From: Thermoproteota archaeon
GTDB taxonomy: Archaea; Korarchaeota; Korarchaeia; Korarchaeales; Korarchaeaceae
Length of the DNA stretch: 64,000 bases
Assembly (NCBI GenBank): GCA_026986575.1
Contig: JALSOH010000004.1
Coordinates: 352,001-416,000, forward strand
Reading direction: 5' to 3'
Both the position numbers and the translations under genes were made by a program. Shown piece after piece: positions 9,462-19,887 of the stretch. The notes under the pieces are model-generated. The model ran no database searches. It saw nothing but the letters and a program-made list of their open reading frames with translations, and was not told where the DNA came from. The stretch's first letter is position 1, and every line of letters begins with the position of its first letter.

Positions 9462-11925
9462 GCTCGGGCCTCCTTCTTAGGCGGATCGCAAGCAGTATGG
9501 CAGACGTCATCCCAACACCTATGAGGAAGTAGATGAGGCTATTCATCAACTCATCCAAAGATGAGTAGGTATACTCCTCTAGGGAGGAGATCTCGGCTTC
9601 CGCTCTATTGAGGATCTCGCTGGCCTTTCCGTAGGAGGCCAGATTTATCAACCTCTTAGCCTCCTCCAACATGCCCTCTATCTCACTCATCTTCTCCTTT
9701 ACTTGGGGATCCAGCCCCCCTGAAGCCTCCTTGAGCGTCTTAAATCTCCTTCTAAGATCAGCTAGCCTAGATCTAAGTGACTTCTCCAATGACTCCTGCC
9801 CACTCTTCCCCTCCACCTTGACGGTCACCGTATTTGAGGGGATGAGGAGACTACCATTCACCGAGATGTATGTCGGGATCGTGTAGACGCCTCTCTCGGA
9901 AAATGACCCGACTACCTCGATCTCACCTGGCGCGACGAACTCCACAGAATTTCCTCTGATTCTACCCTTGGCCTCTAGAATTGACATCTTAGCCGGGAAC
10001 TCGACTGTTACATTACCAGACAGATCCTCTACCCTGATCTTCAGCCTTACCTGCTCCCCGACATACACCTGCCTCTTACTGATCTCCACAAGGGCTCTCC
10101 CAGATATCCCTCCTATCGGTATCTTTATCTCCTTGGTATAAATTCGTTCAGAAGCTTCGCCTTCTATGGAGTAGTAGATCACTACCTTCACGACGGCCGG
10201 ACCAACGCTCGCTGCCCTGAAGGTGAAGGTTAACTCCCTAGTAGATCCCTCCGGTAGGTCCTTCACTAACTTAGAGGTGTCATTTACCGGCTCCAGCTCA
10301 TCAGATGAGTTAACTGCTATCAGGATCTTGGAGATGGGGACCATAGTGGTAAATGTCACCTTGATCTCCACACGATCTCCGACGCTGGGGAGATCTGGGG
10401 ATATAGCAATTAGTGCGTTCAACGGGTTCTCACTGGTGGATACTACAGAAATATCGCCCAGCGAGATAGTGTGGACTTCTCCACTTGAATCTTCAACGTA
10501 TATCTCCAGCGTGCCCCTATAATCTCCAACCGGTAAGCTCAAGGGCAGGAGGATTCTCTGTGACTCGTTACCTTGAAGCTGTATCGAGAGAGGGAACTTG
10601 AGGGATAACACGTCTCCCCTCTTCGTGGTTAAATTGAGTCTAGCCTCGATCAGGGAAAGTGGTGTAGGCCCTACATTCAAAGCCAAGATGTGGAGATCCC
10701 CCCTCCCTCCGACTAGGAAGACGCGAGATCTGTTCAGCAGCCTAATGTCGTAAGCTTTGAGGATCTTCATCTCACGCTCGATACCGTAGATTCCATCGCT
10801 GGAAAAGCCAGTTAGATAAATTGGAACGACTATCTCTGTCTTGGGAAGGGGGAGACCCACCTTGAGAAGATATTTAAAGCCCTTATTTCTCAGGAATACG
10901 GATCTCCCACCCGGAAGGAGCAGCGTCAGGTTGGACGCATCTCCCGGATCCACGGATACCTCGATGGAAGTACCACCAATGCCCTCACTAGGTGCATCTA
11001 GCCCTATGTCCAGACTGAAGCTAGGATCGGATACGAAAGTCAGCCCGTCAACGATACAGGTATCGCATCGATCCTGAGACAATATCGTGTATGTGGAGGA
11101 TCCTACCCGATCAACCCTCACCAAGTACTTCCTGTCGCTGAGGGCATATATTCCAAGGAATTCGCGTATAGGTAACCTGTTCGTTACAGTCAGATTTACT
11201 GAAGATCCATAGGCCAGTAAGGAGACCTTCCCATCTTGAATAGCAAGTTTCGTATACGTGTAGGGGTCAACAGGACCCTCCAACTCCACTTCGCTTGCAA
11301 GGGGCTTGATGATACCATTAAAAGAGAGGATTGTGTTATTCTTGAACACGAGTACCTCAGAGAGGTCACCTTCGTTCGTCCAGTTAACCTCGAAAATCCA
11401 TCCATCTAGGGAGGAAACCCAAGAACCCCTAGATTCGCTACCTCGTATCATGGCAACGGCTTCGCCATCGACTTTGGCCTCCAAGAGTTCCACGGTAGGC
11501 CTTCTTTTCGAAAGGATCGATATCTGAAGGATCTTATCTGAGGACGCCTTCACGAGGAAGGGCCCTACAAGAGCGTACCCGGTCAAGTTGTCGGTTCCAT
11601 TGGCGGGACGAGAGACGTTCGATAGATCCTTGAGCACGAATGTTACATTGGTACCGTTAACTAGAACCGCATTGTAGGTGATGTTTCCCTCCTCAAGGGG
11701 ATAATATCCCATGTCACCTATTTCCGCCATTACATCTACAACGTAGTTTACGGCTTCTATTAGGTGGAAGGATGAGGGAGCCTCTTCACCTCTGACTAAA
11801 ACTGTACCGTTATATCTAATGCTATCCAGTGGTTGAGCAGTTGATGGCTGAGCGTACACATTAGGGAAGCTTATCGACAGCAATAACAGCGCTGCCATTA
11901 GCGCTAGAGCCTTCCTATTCCACAT
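9451..11925 (-). CDS. Large secreted, C-terminally anchored surface protein (S-layer/CARDB-like Ig domains plus coiled coil)
   Basis: Signal peptide, beta-rich repeats, many N-x-S/T sites, helical stalk, then a TM segment followed by RLRRR. Confidence 0.75.
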   Translation of the reverse strand: MWNRKALALMAALLLLSISFPNVYAQPSTAQPLDSIRYNGTVLVRGEEAPSSFHLIEAVNYVVDVMAEIGDMGYYPLEEGNITYNAVLVNGTNVTFVLKDLSNVSRPANGTDNLTGYALVGPFLVKASSDKILQISILSKRRPTVELLEAKVDGEAVAMIRGSESRGSWVSSLDGWIFEVNWTNEGDLSEVLVFKNNTILSFNGIIKPLASEVELEGPVDPYTYTKLAIQDGKVSLLAYGSSVNLTVTNRLPIREFLGIYALSDRKYLVRVDRVGSSTYTILSQDRCDTCIVDGLTFVSDPSFSLDIGLDAPSEGIGGTSIEVSVDPGDASNLTLLLPGGRSVFLRNKGFKYLLKVGLPLPKTEIVVPIYLTGFSSDGIYGIEREMKILKAYDIRLLNRSRVFLVGGRGDLHILALNVGPTPLSLIEARLNLTTKRGDVLSLKFPLSIQLQGNESQRILLPLSLPVGDYRGTLEIYVEDSSGEVHTISLGDISVVSTSENPLNALIAISPDLPSVGDRVEIKVTFTTMVPISKILIAVNSSDELEPVNDTSKLVKDLPEGSTRELTFTFRAASVGPAVVKVVIYYSIEGEASERIYTKEIKIPIGGISGRALVEISKRQVYVGEQVRLKIRVEDLSGNVTVEFPAKMSILEAKGRIRGNSVEFVAPGEIEVVGSFSERGVYTIPTYISVNGSLLIPSNTVTVKVEGKSGQESLEKSLRSRLADLRRRFKTLKEASGGLDPQVKEKMSEIEGMLEEAKRLINLASYGKASEILNRAEAEISSLEEYTYSSLDELMNSLIYFLIGVGMTSAILLAIRLRRRPEHGS

Positions 11926-11995
11926 TTTTCAGGCGTTTCATCTCCTGGGCCTATTTTACGTTTGAACGACTATCGTCGATCATTCCTTCTCAAGA

Positions 11996-13255
11996 TTAAG
12001 GCAATACCCTCTCCGGATCCCTCGGGAAGAGGGCCGCCTCCTTTATGTTGGGTAGATCCAGCATCTTCATAGTTAGCCTCTCTATCCCCACAGCGAATCC
12101 CCCATGAGGTGGTGCGCCGTAAGCGAAAAACTTGGTGAACCACTCAAGGCTTTTCGGATTCATCCCTTTCTCCCTTATCTGTGACACGAGTATATCATAT
12201 CTATGCTCTCTCTGACCGCCTGAGCTGAGTTCCAGCCCCTTATAGAGGAGATCAACGCTTCTAGCCCAAGTTTCATCTTCTTTCATCACGTAAAATGGTT
12301 TCACCTTGAACGGGAATCTGTTGACGAAGAAGAAATCCGCCCCGTACTCTTGCTTCACATACTGCCATAGAAGCCTCTCGCTCTCAGTGTCGTAATCCTC
12401 GCCATACTCAACGCTCTTCCCCATCTCTTCCAATATGTCGTACACTTTGGGGAATCTCAACTCTGGAAATGGTGCTTTCGGAACCTCCAGATCTACATTC
12501 AGCAGCTCCAACTCCTTTGACCTCTCCTCTACCACGCGTTTTATACCGGCCCTGATCATCTCCTCTTCAACCCTCATTGTATCTTGCTCGTTCTCTATGA
12601 AGGCCAGCTCCACCGCTATGGATCTGAACTCGCTTAGATGTCTGGGAGTGTGACTGAGCTCCGCTCTCCAGTTCACGCCTAGGTCGTATATTCTTTCAAA
12701 CCCCCCTATTATGGTGAGCTGCCTGTGCAGCTGGGGATCCTGCCTCAAGTACGCCTCTCTATCGAAGTATTGGACCCTGAAGACCTCTGCACCACTCTCG
12801 CTCGCGGCCCCTATTATTGCAGGCGTGAATACCCTCAAGAACCCATTCTCCCTCAACCATTCCTCCATACCATGTATCAGAGATGCCTCTATCTTGAAAA
12901 CGGCCTGAACTTCCGGCCTTCTCAGGTCTAGGGGACGATTATCCAATCTAGTAGGTAGCTGGGCGGGGACCTTCCAGTTAGGATCCATCGGAAGTTTGGG
13001 ATGGGCTATGGAGTGAACGATGATCCTAGCTGGCACTATCTCTCTATCCACTGCTTTGGCTTTCTTCTCAGCTACTTCCTCGCCCACGGCCTCTATGACA
13101 GATTCTTGGGTTAAATCGTCGGTTAGCTCGAATAGATCATCGGGAGTGACTCCTCTCTTGAGGGTTAGCTGAATCTTCTCCCTCCAATTCCTTATGACCA
13201 CAAACCTGATCCTTCCTAGGTCGCGTATCTCGCTGACCCAGCCGTGGACTTTCAC
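11996..13255 (-). CDS. aspS: Aspartyl-tRNA synthetase (archaeal type)
   Basis: GWV.EIRDLG OB-fold, RLDNR.LDLR, ELSSGGQR, GAPPHGG..GIER, FPRD. Start taken as the GTG overlapping the ileS stop; ATG at 13273 is an alternative. Confidence 0.95.
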   Translation of the reverse strand: MKVHGWVSEIRDLGRIRFVVIRNWREKIQLTLKRGVTPDDLFELTDDLTQESVIEAVGEEVAEKKAKAVDREIVPARIIVHSIAHPKLPMDPNWKVPAQLPTRLDNRPLDLRRPEVQAVFKIEASLIHGMEEWLRENGFLRVFTPAIIGAASESGAEVFRVQYFDREAYLRQDPQLHRQLTIIGGFERIYDLGVNWRAELSHTPRHLSEFRSIAVELAFIENEQDTMRVEEEMIRAGIKRVVEERSKELELLNVDLEVPKAPFPELRFPKVYDILEEMGKSVEYGEDYDTESERLLWQYVKQEYGADFFFVNRFPFKVKPFYVMKEDETWARSVDLLYKGLELSSGGQREHRYDILVSQIREKGMNPKSLEWFTKFFAYGAPPHGGFAVGIERLTMKMLDLPNIKEAALFPRDPERVLP

Positions 13256-16221
13256 TCCACCTTCTTCACCCATATGAATACCCTCCGATCGTCTACCTCC
13301 CATTCCTTTCCGAAGGAACTCCCTGGCACCTCGCTCTCATCGCTGACGAACTTTATAACATTCGCATCGGAGTCCCACGCTATCTCGTCGTAGTATCTCT
13401 CCAGCGCCCTTCTCACGTCCTCGTCACCCTGCACATAGACTTCGATCCTCTCCAAACCTATGGTGAGACCTAATTCCTTTCTCATAAGCTGTATCCTCCT
13501 AGTAAGCTCCCTAGCGAGACCGCCCAGAATCTCCTCATCACCCATCTCCAAATTGAGGAACACACTTCCCTCACTGAAATCGGCCTGAGCCCATTTTCCG
13601 TCAGTGGGCGCCTCTCCTACCCTAACCTCCCTCACGTTCGCCTCCGTGACCAGAACATCTTTGAGGACCTCGACGGCCTTCCTCACCACATCGTTCTCGG
13701 TAACGACCACCATCTCCCTCAAAGGCTGCCTCTTCCTCACCCCGGCGTTCGATCGAGCAAATCCTGACGCGCTGATTATAGACCTGACGTGCATCATCAT
13801 GTCTTCCAGCTCAGGGTCGATCATCTCGTTATCAGGATCCGCTAACAGGAGGAAGTTCACGCTGTCTGGATCCTTCTCTCCTCTAAACGATTCTAGATAT
13901 ATCTTCTCAGACATGAGCGGTGCGAAGATGGATAGGTAGGGTAAGGTCTCCCTGAGTACGTGGAAGAGCACCCTTCCCCATTGATCGGCCACAGATCTAT
14001 TCTTCGATCTAAGCTTCTTTCTAGCTACCCTAAGATACAGGTGACTCAGGTCATCTATCAGGAACGAGAGGATCTCGTTGCTTGCCACATGGAGGTGATA
14101 TTCGTTCATGCTCTCCCTGACCCTCTTCATCATGGAATGAAGCCTAGACAGAACCCATCTATTGACAGGATCCAGCTCCTCCTTGGGAGGGAGCTGACCC
14201 AATTCCTTGTCCCTCAGATAAGTTGTAGCAAATACGTAAACGTTCCATATGACAGAGAGGCGCCTCTCCATCTCCTTGAGTCCCTTCCAAGAGAACCTCA
14301 GGTCCTGCCACGGTACTTTGGTGAGGACGAAGAATCTGAAAGTATCTCTAGCTACGTTCTTCAAGATCTCCGGAGGAGGTACATAGTTCCCCAAGCGTTT
14401 GTGCATCTCCCTTCCCTTCTCATCTAACATGAAGCCGTGCATTAGGACGGACTTGTAGGGAACTTGGTTAAAGAGGAGGGTTCCCATCCTAAGGAGGCTG
14501 AAGAACCATCCTCTTATCTGATCGTGTCCCTCCGTTATGAAATCGACGGGGAATATCTCTTGGAAGGCCTCCCTATTCCTATGAGGATACCCGAGGCTGG
14601 CGAAGAAGGATACACCCGAGTCGTACCACACATCCATTATATCAGGAATCCTCCTCATCTTCCCCCCGCACTTGGGGCATTTCCATGTAACTCCATCGAC
14701 CCACGGCCTATGCAGGTCCTCGAGCTTGACTCCGGCCCTATCCTCGATCTCCTTGGCAGAGCCTATGACCTCTATATGACCACAGCTCTCGCATCTCCAA
14801 ATCGGTAGCGGGATGCCCCAATACCTCTGCCTCGATATTATCCAGTCCTCCAAGCCAAGCAGCCAGTCCTTAAACCTCCTCTCCCCACCCCACTTGGGGA
14901 CCCACTTGGCCCTACCGCTCTCCTCGAGCAACTTCTTCCTCAGGTCGGTCAGCTTGACGAACCACTGCTTGGTTGTCCTTATTATCAGCGGCGTATCGCA
15001 CCTCCAGCACACGGGATACTTGTGTATGACGGTTCCTCTATGGAACAGAGCGCCTCTTCCGCTCAGGTCTTCAATTATTATGTTGTTCGCTTCCCTCACT
15101 TGGAGACCAGCGTACTTACCGGCGTCCTCAGTGAACCTGCCCCTCTCATCCACCGGACTGACGACGGGCAGGCCGTACCTCATGCCGACCTCGAAGTCTT
15201 CCTTACCGTGACCGGGCGCGCTGTGCACACACCCACTACCCTCCTCCATGGTGACATACTCCTCACTCAACACGACCCTGTGCGCATCCTTGATCCTCTG
15301 CTGAACAGGAACTAGATCCTCCAAGGGATGCTCGTACTTCAGACCTTCGAGCGTACGCCCTTCGAACTCCTCCACGACCTCATACTCCTCTATCCCTGCA
15401 TCCTTCATCACGGCCTCCAACCTGGCCTTAGCTAGGATGAGCAGATCCCCATCGACCCTGACTTTGACATACTTCTCGTTCGGGTGCACCATGACCGCCA
15501 CATTGCCAGGCAGGGTCCACGGGGTGGTCGTCCATATGAGAAGGTACTCGTTCTCACTCCCCCGAACCTTGAACTTGACGTATATGGAGGGGTCCATCAG
15601 GTCCTTATAGCTCTCACTCACCTCGTAGTCTGATAGAACGGTCTCACATCTGGGACACCAGTGAACGGGTCTCTCTCCTTCGTAGAGTCTCCCGCTTTCC
15701 CATATCTTCTTCACGCCCCACCAGGCGCTCTCTATGTATTCGTTCTCGAACGTCCTGTATGGATGATCCCAATCCATCGATACCGCAAACTCCTTGAAGT
15801 GCTCAGTCATGGATTTCAGGTTCTTAGTCGCTAGCTCCTTACATTTCAAAACGAACTTGTCTATCCCGTAATTCTCAATATCCTTCTTGGATGTGAAGCC
15901 CAAGGCCTTCTCGGTCATCACCTCTATGGGGAGACCATGGGTGTCCCATCCCGGTTTATCTAAGACGTCGTAGCCCTCTCCCCTCTTGAACCTGAGTACT
16001 GAGTCCTTGATTATCTTGTTCCACACGGTTCCTGGGTGAGGCATATCAGATGACGGATAGGGGGGCCCATCTAGGAAGTGAAACCTCTTGCTACCCTTCC
16101 TAGCCTCTCTCAGCCTCTCGTAGACCCTAGCTTCATCCCAAAACTTCAGTATCTCAGGCTCGTACTTCTTGGGATAGAAATTCCTAGTCAGCTGTCTTAC
16201 CCTGCTCATTTCCCGGGGCAC
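13252..16221 (-). CDS. ileS: Isoleucyl-tRNA synthetase
   Basis: DGPPY, GWDTHGLP, WTTTPWT, SRQRYWG, EGHDQ.RGWF, MHKRLGN (KMSKS variant). Confidence 0.97.
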   Translation of the reverse strand: MPREMSRVRQLTRNFYPKKYEPEILKFWDEARVYERLREARKGSKRFHFLDGPPYPSSDMPHPGTVWNKIIKDSVLRFKRGEGYDVLDKPGWDTHGLPIEVMTEKALGFTSKKDIENYGIDKFVLKCKELATKNLKSMTEHFKEFAVSMDWDHPYRTFENEYIESAWWGVKKIWESGRLYEGERPVHWCPRCETVLSDYEVSESYKDLMDPSIYVKFKVRGSENEYLLIWTTTPWTLPGNVAVMVHPNEKYVKVRVDGDLLILAKARLEAVMKDAGIEEYEVVEEFEGRTLEGLKYEHPLEDLVPVQQRIKDAHRVVLSEEYVTMEEGSGCVHSAPGHGKEDFEVGMRYGLPVVSPVDERGRFTEDAGKYAGLQVREANNIIIEDLSGRGALFHRGTVIHKYPVCWRCDTPLIIRTTKQWFVKLTDLRKKLLEESGRAKWVPKWGGERRFKDWLLGLEDWIISRQRYWGIPLPIWRCESCGHIEVIGSAKEIEDRAGVKLEDLHRPWVDGVTWKCPKCGGKMRRIPDIMDVWYDSGVSFFASLGYPHRNREAFQEIFPVDFITEGHDQIRGWFFSLLRMGTLLFNQVPYKSVLMHGFMLDEKGREMHKRLGNYVPPPEILKNVARDTFRFFVLTKVPWQDLRFSWKGLKEMERRLSVIWNVYVFATTYLRDKELGQLPPKEELDPVNRWVLSRLHSMMKRVRESMNEYHLHVASNEILSFLIDDLSHLYLRVARKKLRSKNRSVADQWGRVLFHVLRETLPYLSIFAPLMSEKIYLESFRGEKDPDSVNFLLLADPDNEMIDPELEDMMMHVRSIISASGFARSNAGVRKRQPLREMVVVTENDVVRKAVEVLKDVLVTEANVREVRVGEAPTDGKWAQADFSEGSVFLNLEMGDEEILGGLARELTRRIQLMRKELGLTIGLERIEVYVQGDEDVRRALERYYDEIAWDSDANVIKFVSDESEVPGSSFGKEWEVDDRRVFIWVKKVE

Positions 16222-16256
16222 CTCGCTGCGTGCTCACTCCTACGTCGACCTTCAAG

Positions 16257-16264
16257 TTTATAAA
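16257..16264. promoter_or_regulatory. Palindromic TATA box between ileS and 5S rRNA
   Basis: TTTATAAA lies about 30 nt upstream of the 5S 5' end and about 40 nt upstream of the ileS start. Confidence 0.65.
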
Positions 16265-16287
16265 TGAGAGCGAATATCCCCCTACGA

Positions 16288-16413
16288 GGGCGAGCGGCCA
16301 TAGCGGCCGGGGACACACCCGGACTCATTCCGAACCCGGAAGTTAAGCCCGGCCGCGTTCCGCGGAGTACTGAGCTCCGTAAGGGCTCGGGAAACGCGGA
16401 AGCCGCTAAGCCC
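16288..16413 (+). rRNA. rrf: 5S rRNA (stand-alone)
   Basis: CGGCCATAGCGGCCGGG..ACACCCGGACTCATTCCGAACCCGGAAGTTAAGCC archaeal 5S signature; helix I GGGC..AGCGGC / GCCGCT..GCCC. Confidence 0.96.
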
Positions 16414-16415
16414 CC

Positions 16416-17531
16416 TTAACATGTGTGCAGCAACTCCTCCGCGCCTACCTTCTCCGCTACCTTCACGAAATCCTTCCATTTACCTCTAGTCTTCGGCTTC
16501 TTGGGGACGAACGGACAGGAAACGTCATATGATACGGACACATCGTAAGTCTCAATCTCCTTCGCCAGCTTAACTATATCGTCCTTATCCATCCCTATCA
16601 AGGGCCTGAGAATCGGCTTCTCCAAGCACCTGCTCTCTACCTCCAAGTTATCTAGGGTCTGACTCGCCACTTGGCCTAGGGAGTCACCTGTGACTATAGC
16701 GCTAGCTCCCATCTCCTTGGCCATCTTGTTGGCGATGACGAGCATCCTCCTCTTACAGAGGAGGCATGTCCACTCCCTTGCACCCCTCTCGACGAGCTCC
16801 TTCAGGGCCGACCCATGTTCTATCACCACGGGCTCGAACTTAACGCCATGGGAGTATCTCTTCAACACAGAGACTATCTCTCTGAATCCTCTCTCCTCTT
16901 CTGGTGTTTTCCTGAAGTGGACGGGTATGACTGCGGCGCCCCTCCTCATCATGAGCCAGGCGGCCACAGGGCTGTCTATACCGCTGGATATTAGGGCGAT
17001 CACTTTTCCCTGACTGCCGACGGGGAGTCCACCGTATCCCTCTATCCTCTCATCGGTGATGTAGGCCTTGCCCGCCACTATCTCTATGATTATCTCTTGG
17101 TCTGGGTTACTAAGATCGACGGGCCTTCCCGTCCTCCCCCTTATCATACCGCCTACATCCCTCGCTAACTCTATTGACGTAAGGGGAAAGTCCTTGGTGA
17201 CTCTCTGGACCCTGACGGCGAAGCTACCTTCCCTCTGAATAGCTACCGAGAGGGCCACCCTCTTAATCTCATCTATCTGGGCTTCGGTCTCGATGGAAGG
17301 ACTGTAGGACTTCACGCCGAATACCCACTTGGTGACCTCCCTGACCCGAGGATCTGACGTGTATATCACAATTCTGCTAGCTCTCTTAACGATCTTGATG
17401 AAGTGAACTCCTTCCGCCCTGAAAGTCTCCTCCAAATTCCTAATCAATAATCTCTCCATCTCTCTCCGGACATGTGAGGATTTCAGGCCTATCTCGGAAT
17501 ACCTCACTATCAAAGAGTTGAACTTATCCAA
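16416..17531 (-). CDS. thiI: tRNA 4-thiouridine synthase ThiI (no rhodanese domain; CxxC+C type)
   Basis: YSEIGLKS, THUMP domain, GGLPVG, SSGIDSPVA, CLLCKR, GDSLGQVASQT. Confidence 0.94.
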   Translation of the reverse strand: MDKFNSLIVRYSEIGLKSSHVRREMERLLIRNLEETFRAEGVHFIKIVKRASRIVIYTSDPRVREVTKWVFGVKSYSPSIETEAQIDEIKRVALSVAIQREGSFAVRVQRVTKDFPLTSIELARDVGGMIRGRTGRPVDLSNPDQEIIIEIVAGKAYITDERIEGYGGLPVGSQGKVIALISSGIDSPVAAWLMMRRGAAVIPVHFRKTPEEERGFREIVSVLKRYSHGVKFEPVVIEHGSALKELVERGAREWTCLLCKRRMLVIANKMAKEMGASAIVTGDSLGQVASQTLDNLEVESRCLEKPILRPLIGMDKDDIVKLAKEIETYDVSVSYDVSCPFVPKKPKTRGKWKDFVKVAEKVGAEELLHTC

Positions 17532-17664
17532 GGGATCACCGGGCTAATTGGATGTCCTCCCAAAAATCTATCGCTGCCCATCGCAGGGGTGCCGATAAAG
17601 ATTTTACGAGCAACAGGAAGCGAAACCTTAAAGCGCCTCCGCATCTAATTAAGAGAGGAGCATC

Positions 17665-19881
17665 ATGCCCCCGATTTACTACCACTTGGAGGATTCCGAG
17701 GGAGCGGTGGAGGTGTGGTTCACTGGAGGGATCAGCAGGAAGGTGAAACACAGGCCCTACTTCTACACACTCCCAGATGAGGAGACAAAGGTTTCTGGCT
17801 TCATAGAGAAGGAGAGAGTAAGGGCTAAGGTGATGGGCGTAGAGAAGGAGCTGGTAAGGTTCTACTTCCTAGACGACAAGGCTAGGAAGAAGGCTGCCAA
17901 GAAGGTAGAGAAGCCCTTCGATCTGGACATCCCTCCTTGGTTTCAATTCTGCGTGGATCACGGGCTAATCCCGTTCTCTCAACTGGATGAGGACCTGAAA
18001 CCTGTCGGAGAACTCGTTGGCCTAGAGAACCTCAAGAAGGTCTTCTTTTCGGGACTGATATACAGCGATGAGGGTTTTCCTATAGAGGGAAAGAGCCCGG
18101 TGGTAGCAATCGCCTACGCCATCGATGATGGCCCCATAGAGACGATCGCGACGGAGGATTTGGATGATTCGACTGTGCTCAGAGAATTCATATCTATGAT
18201 TAGAACGGAGGACCCAGATGCCTTAGTTGGATACGGCCACGATGCCGACGAGTTCAAGCACATGATGGCTAGGGCCAAGCTCCACGGGATCAAACTGGCG
18301 ATAGGGAGAGACGGTTCTGAACCCCAAGAGACGGGTAGGTTCTTCAGGGGGACCATACTGGTTGAGAACAGGATAAAAGGGAGGGCCAATCTCGACATTT
18401 TTCCCATCGCTTGGAGGGATTTCCCACAACTCCCAGAGAGGACATGGTATGAGCTAGCTGACGAAATAGGTGTGGAGAGGCCCAAGGTGCTGATGAAGTT
18501 TAGAGTCGCGGAAGCTTGGAGATCTGACAGGGATGAGGCCATTAGCTACTTGAAACAGAAACTCCACACGATAAGGGAGATATACGGGAAGCTGATGGAT
18601 CATCAGGCAGAACTCTCTAAACTCACCTTGAGACCTATTCACAGACTGATCAGGACCCCAGTGGGCGAAATAGTCGAATCTTATGTCATCAGAGAGGCGA
18701 AATCCCACGGCTGGGTGTTTCCTCCAAAGGAAGCGAGGAGAGAGAGTGGATATGAGGGTGGTTACGTCTGGCTGAAATCGCCTGGCATGTACGAGGAGAT
18801 AGGCTATCTCGATTTCGCCAGTATGTACCCCTCAATCATGGCTCATCACAACATAAGCTTCGAGACTGTCGATCCCTCCCCAGAACTCTGTGAGGAAATC
18901 GAGGAGGTTGAGGTAGAGGGTGTCACTGCGAGGATCTGTAAAGATGTGAGAGGTCTTGTTCCGATACTGGTCGGAAAGCTGATGGAGGAGAGATCGGCGA
19001 TAAAGGCCAAGATGAGAGAACTCTCACCGGATGATCCCGAGTACAAGAGGTTGGATGCCCTCCAGAAGGCCGTCAAGGTCGTTACTAACGCCATGTATGG
19101 TTACATGGGGTGGACGAACGCTCTCCTCATGAATGTGAAGGCGGCTAGGATAACCTCAGCGTACGGGCGGTACTACATAAAGGAGGTGAAGGAGAGAGCC
19201 GAGTCCAAGGGACTCACCGTTATCTACATAGACACAGATGGAATTCAACTCATAGGGGGAAAGAGGGAGGACTACGAAGAGCTTCTTGAGAAGGTAAATA
19301 GGGATCTCCCCATAAGGATTGAGTTAGAGTACATTGCCGAGAGAGGGATCTACGTCGCGAAGAAGAAGTACGCACATCTGGTGGATGGCAGGCTCATCGC
19401 TAAGGGATTCGAGTTCGTCAGGAGGGACTACCCACCCATAATAAAGGAGGCCCAGAGAAAGGTGGTTGAAATGGCCCTCAGGGGGAGCGATCTGGACGAG
19501 ATAAAGGGGTTGATCAACGAGTACAGAAGCAGGATCCTAAATAAGGAGGTGAGAAAGGAGGACCTCATCATCATGGAGACAATGGGCAAGGAATTGGACA
19601 AGTTCGAGAGAAGGACTAAGGGATTCTACGTGGCGATGTGGCTACTAGAGAGGAAAGGTATAGAGGTGCATAGGGGACAGGTTCTAAGGATCCTCATAGT
19701 GAAAGGACCGGGAAGTGTTAACGAGAGAGCGAGACCAGCAGAGTTCTTCGATTTGGATGACGTAGATCTGGACTACTATGTGAAACTCCTCGATCAGGTT
19801 ATGGAGAGGACCCTATCCTCCCTCAAGAAGGTCGGAATATCCGAGAAGAGGACAGGGGGGTTGGAGGAGTGGTTCGGATGA
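17665..19881 (+). CDS. polB: Family B DNA polymerase (PolB3-like) with degenerate 3'-5' exonuclease
   Basis: DFASMYPSI, K...NAMYGY, YIDTDG, KKKY, C-terminal PIP-like LEEWF; exonuclease motifs eroded. Confidence 0.92.
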   Translation: MPPIYYHLEDSEGAVEVWFTGGISRKVKHRPYFYTLPDEETKVSGFIEKERVRAKVMGVEKELVRFYFLDDKARKKAAKKVEKPFDLDIPPWFQFCVDHGLIPFSQLDEDLKPVGELVGLENLKKVFFSGLIYSDEGFPIEGKSPVVAIAYAIDDGPIETIATEDLDDSTVLREFISMIRTEDPDALVGYGHDADEFKHMMARAKLHGIKLAIGRDGSEPQETGRFFRGTILVENRIKGRANLDIFPIAWRDFPQLPERTWYELADEIGVERPKVLMKFRVAEAWRSDRDEAISYLKQKLHTIREIYGKLMDHQAELSKLTLRPIHRLIRTPVGEIVESYVIREAKSHGWVFPPKEARRESGYEGGYVWLKSPGMYEEIGYLDFASMYPSIMAHHNISFETVDPSPELCEEIEEVEVEGVTARICKDVRGLVPILVGKLMEERSAIKAKMRELSPDDPEYKRLDALQKAVKVVTNAMYGYMGWTNALLMNVKAARITSAYGRYYIKEVKERAESKGLTVIYIDTDGIQLIGGKREDYEELLEKVNRDLPIRIELEYIAERGIYVAKKKYAHLVDGRLIAKGFEFVRRDYPPIIKEAQRKVVEMALRGSDLDEIKGLINEYRSRILNKEVRKEDLIIMETMGKELDKFERRTKGFYVAMWLLERKGIEVHRGQVLRILIVKGPGSVNERARPAEFFDLDDVDLDYYVKLLDQVMERTLSSLKKVGISEKRTGGLEEWFG

Positions 19882-19887
19882 CCCCCC

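Noticed and set aside
11926-11995. ATGA/CTGA words suggesting another C/D sRNA
   Set aside because: Box spacing is wrong, there is no terminal stem and no recognisable rRNA complement.
16282-16479. 65-aa minus-strand ORF
   Set aside because: Shadow of the 5S rRNA and the thiI 3' end.
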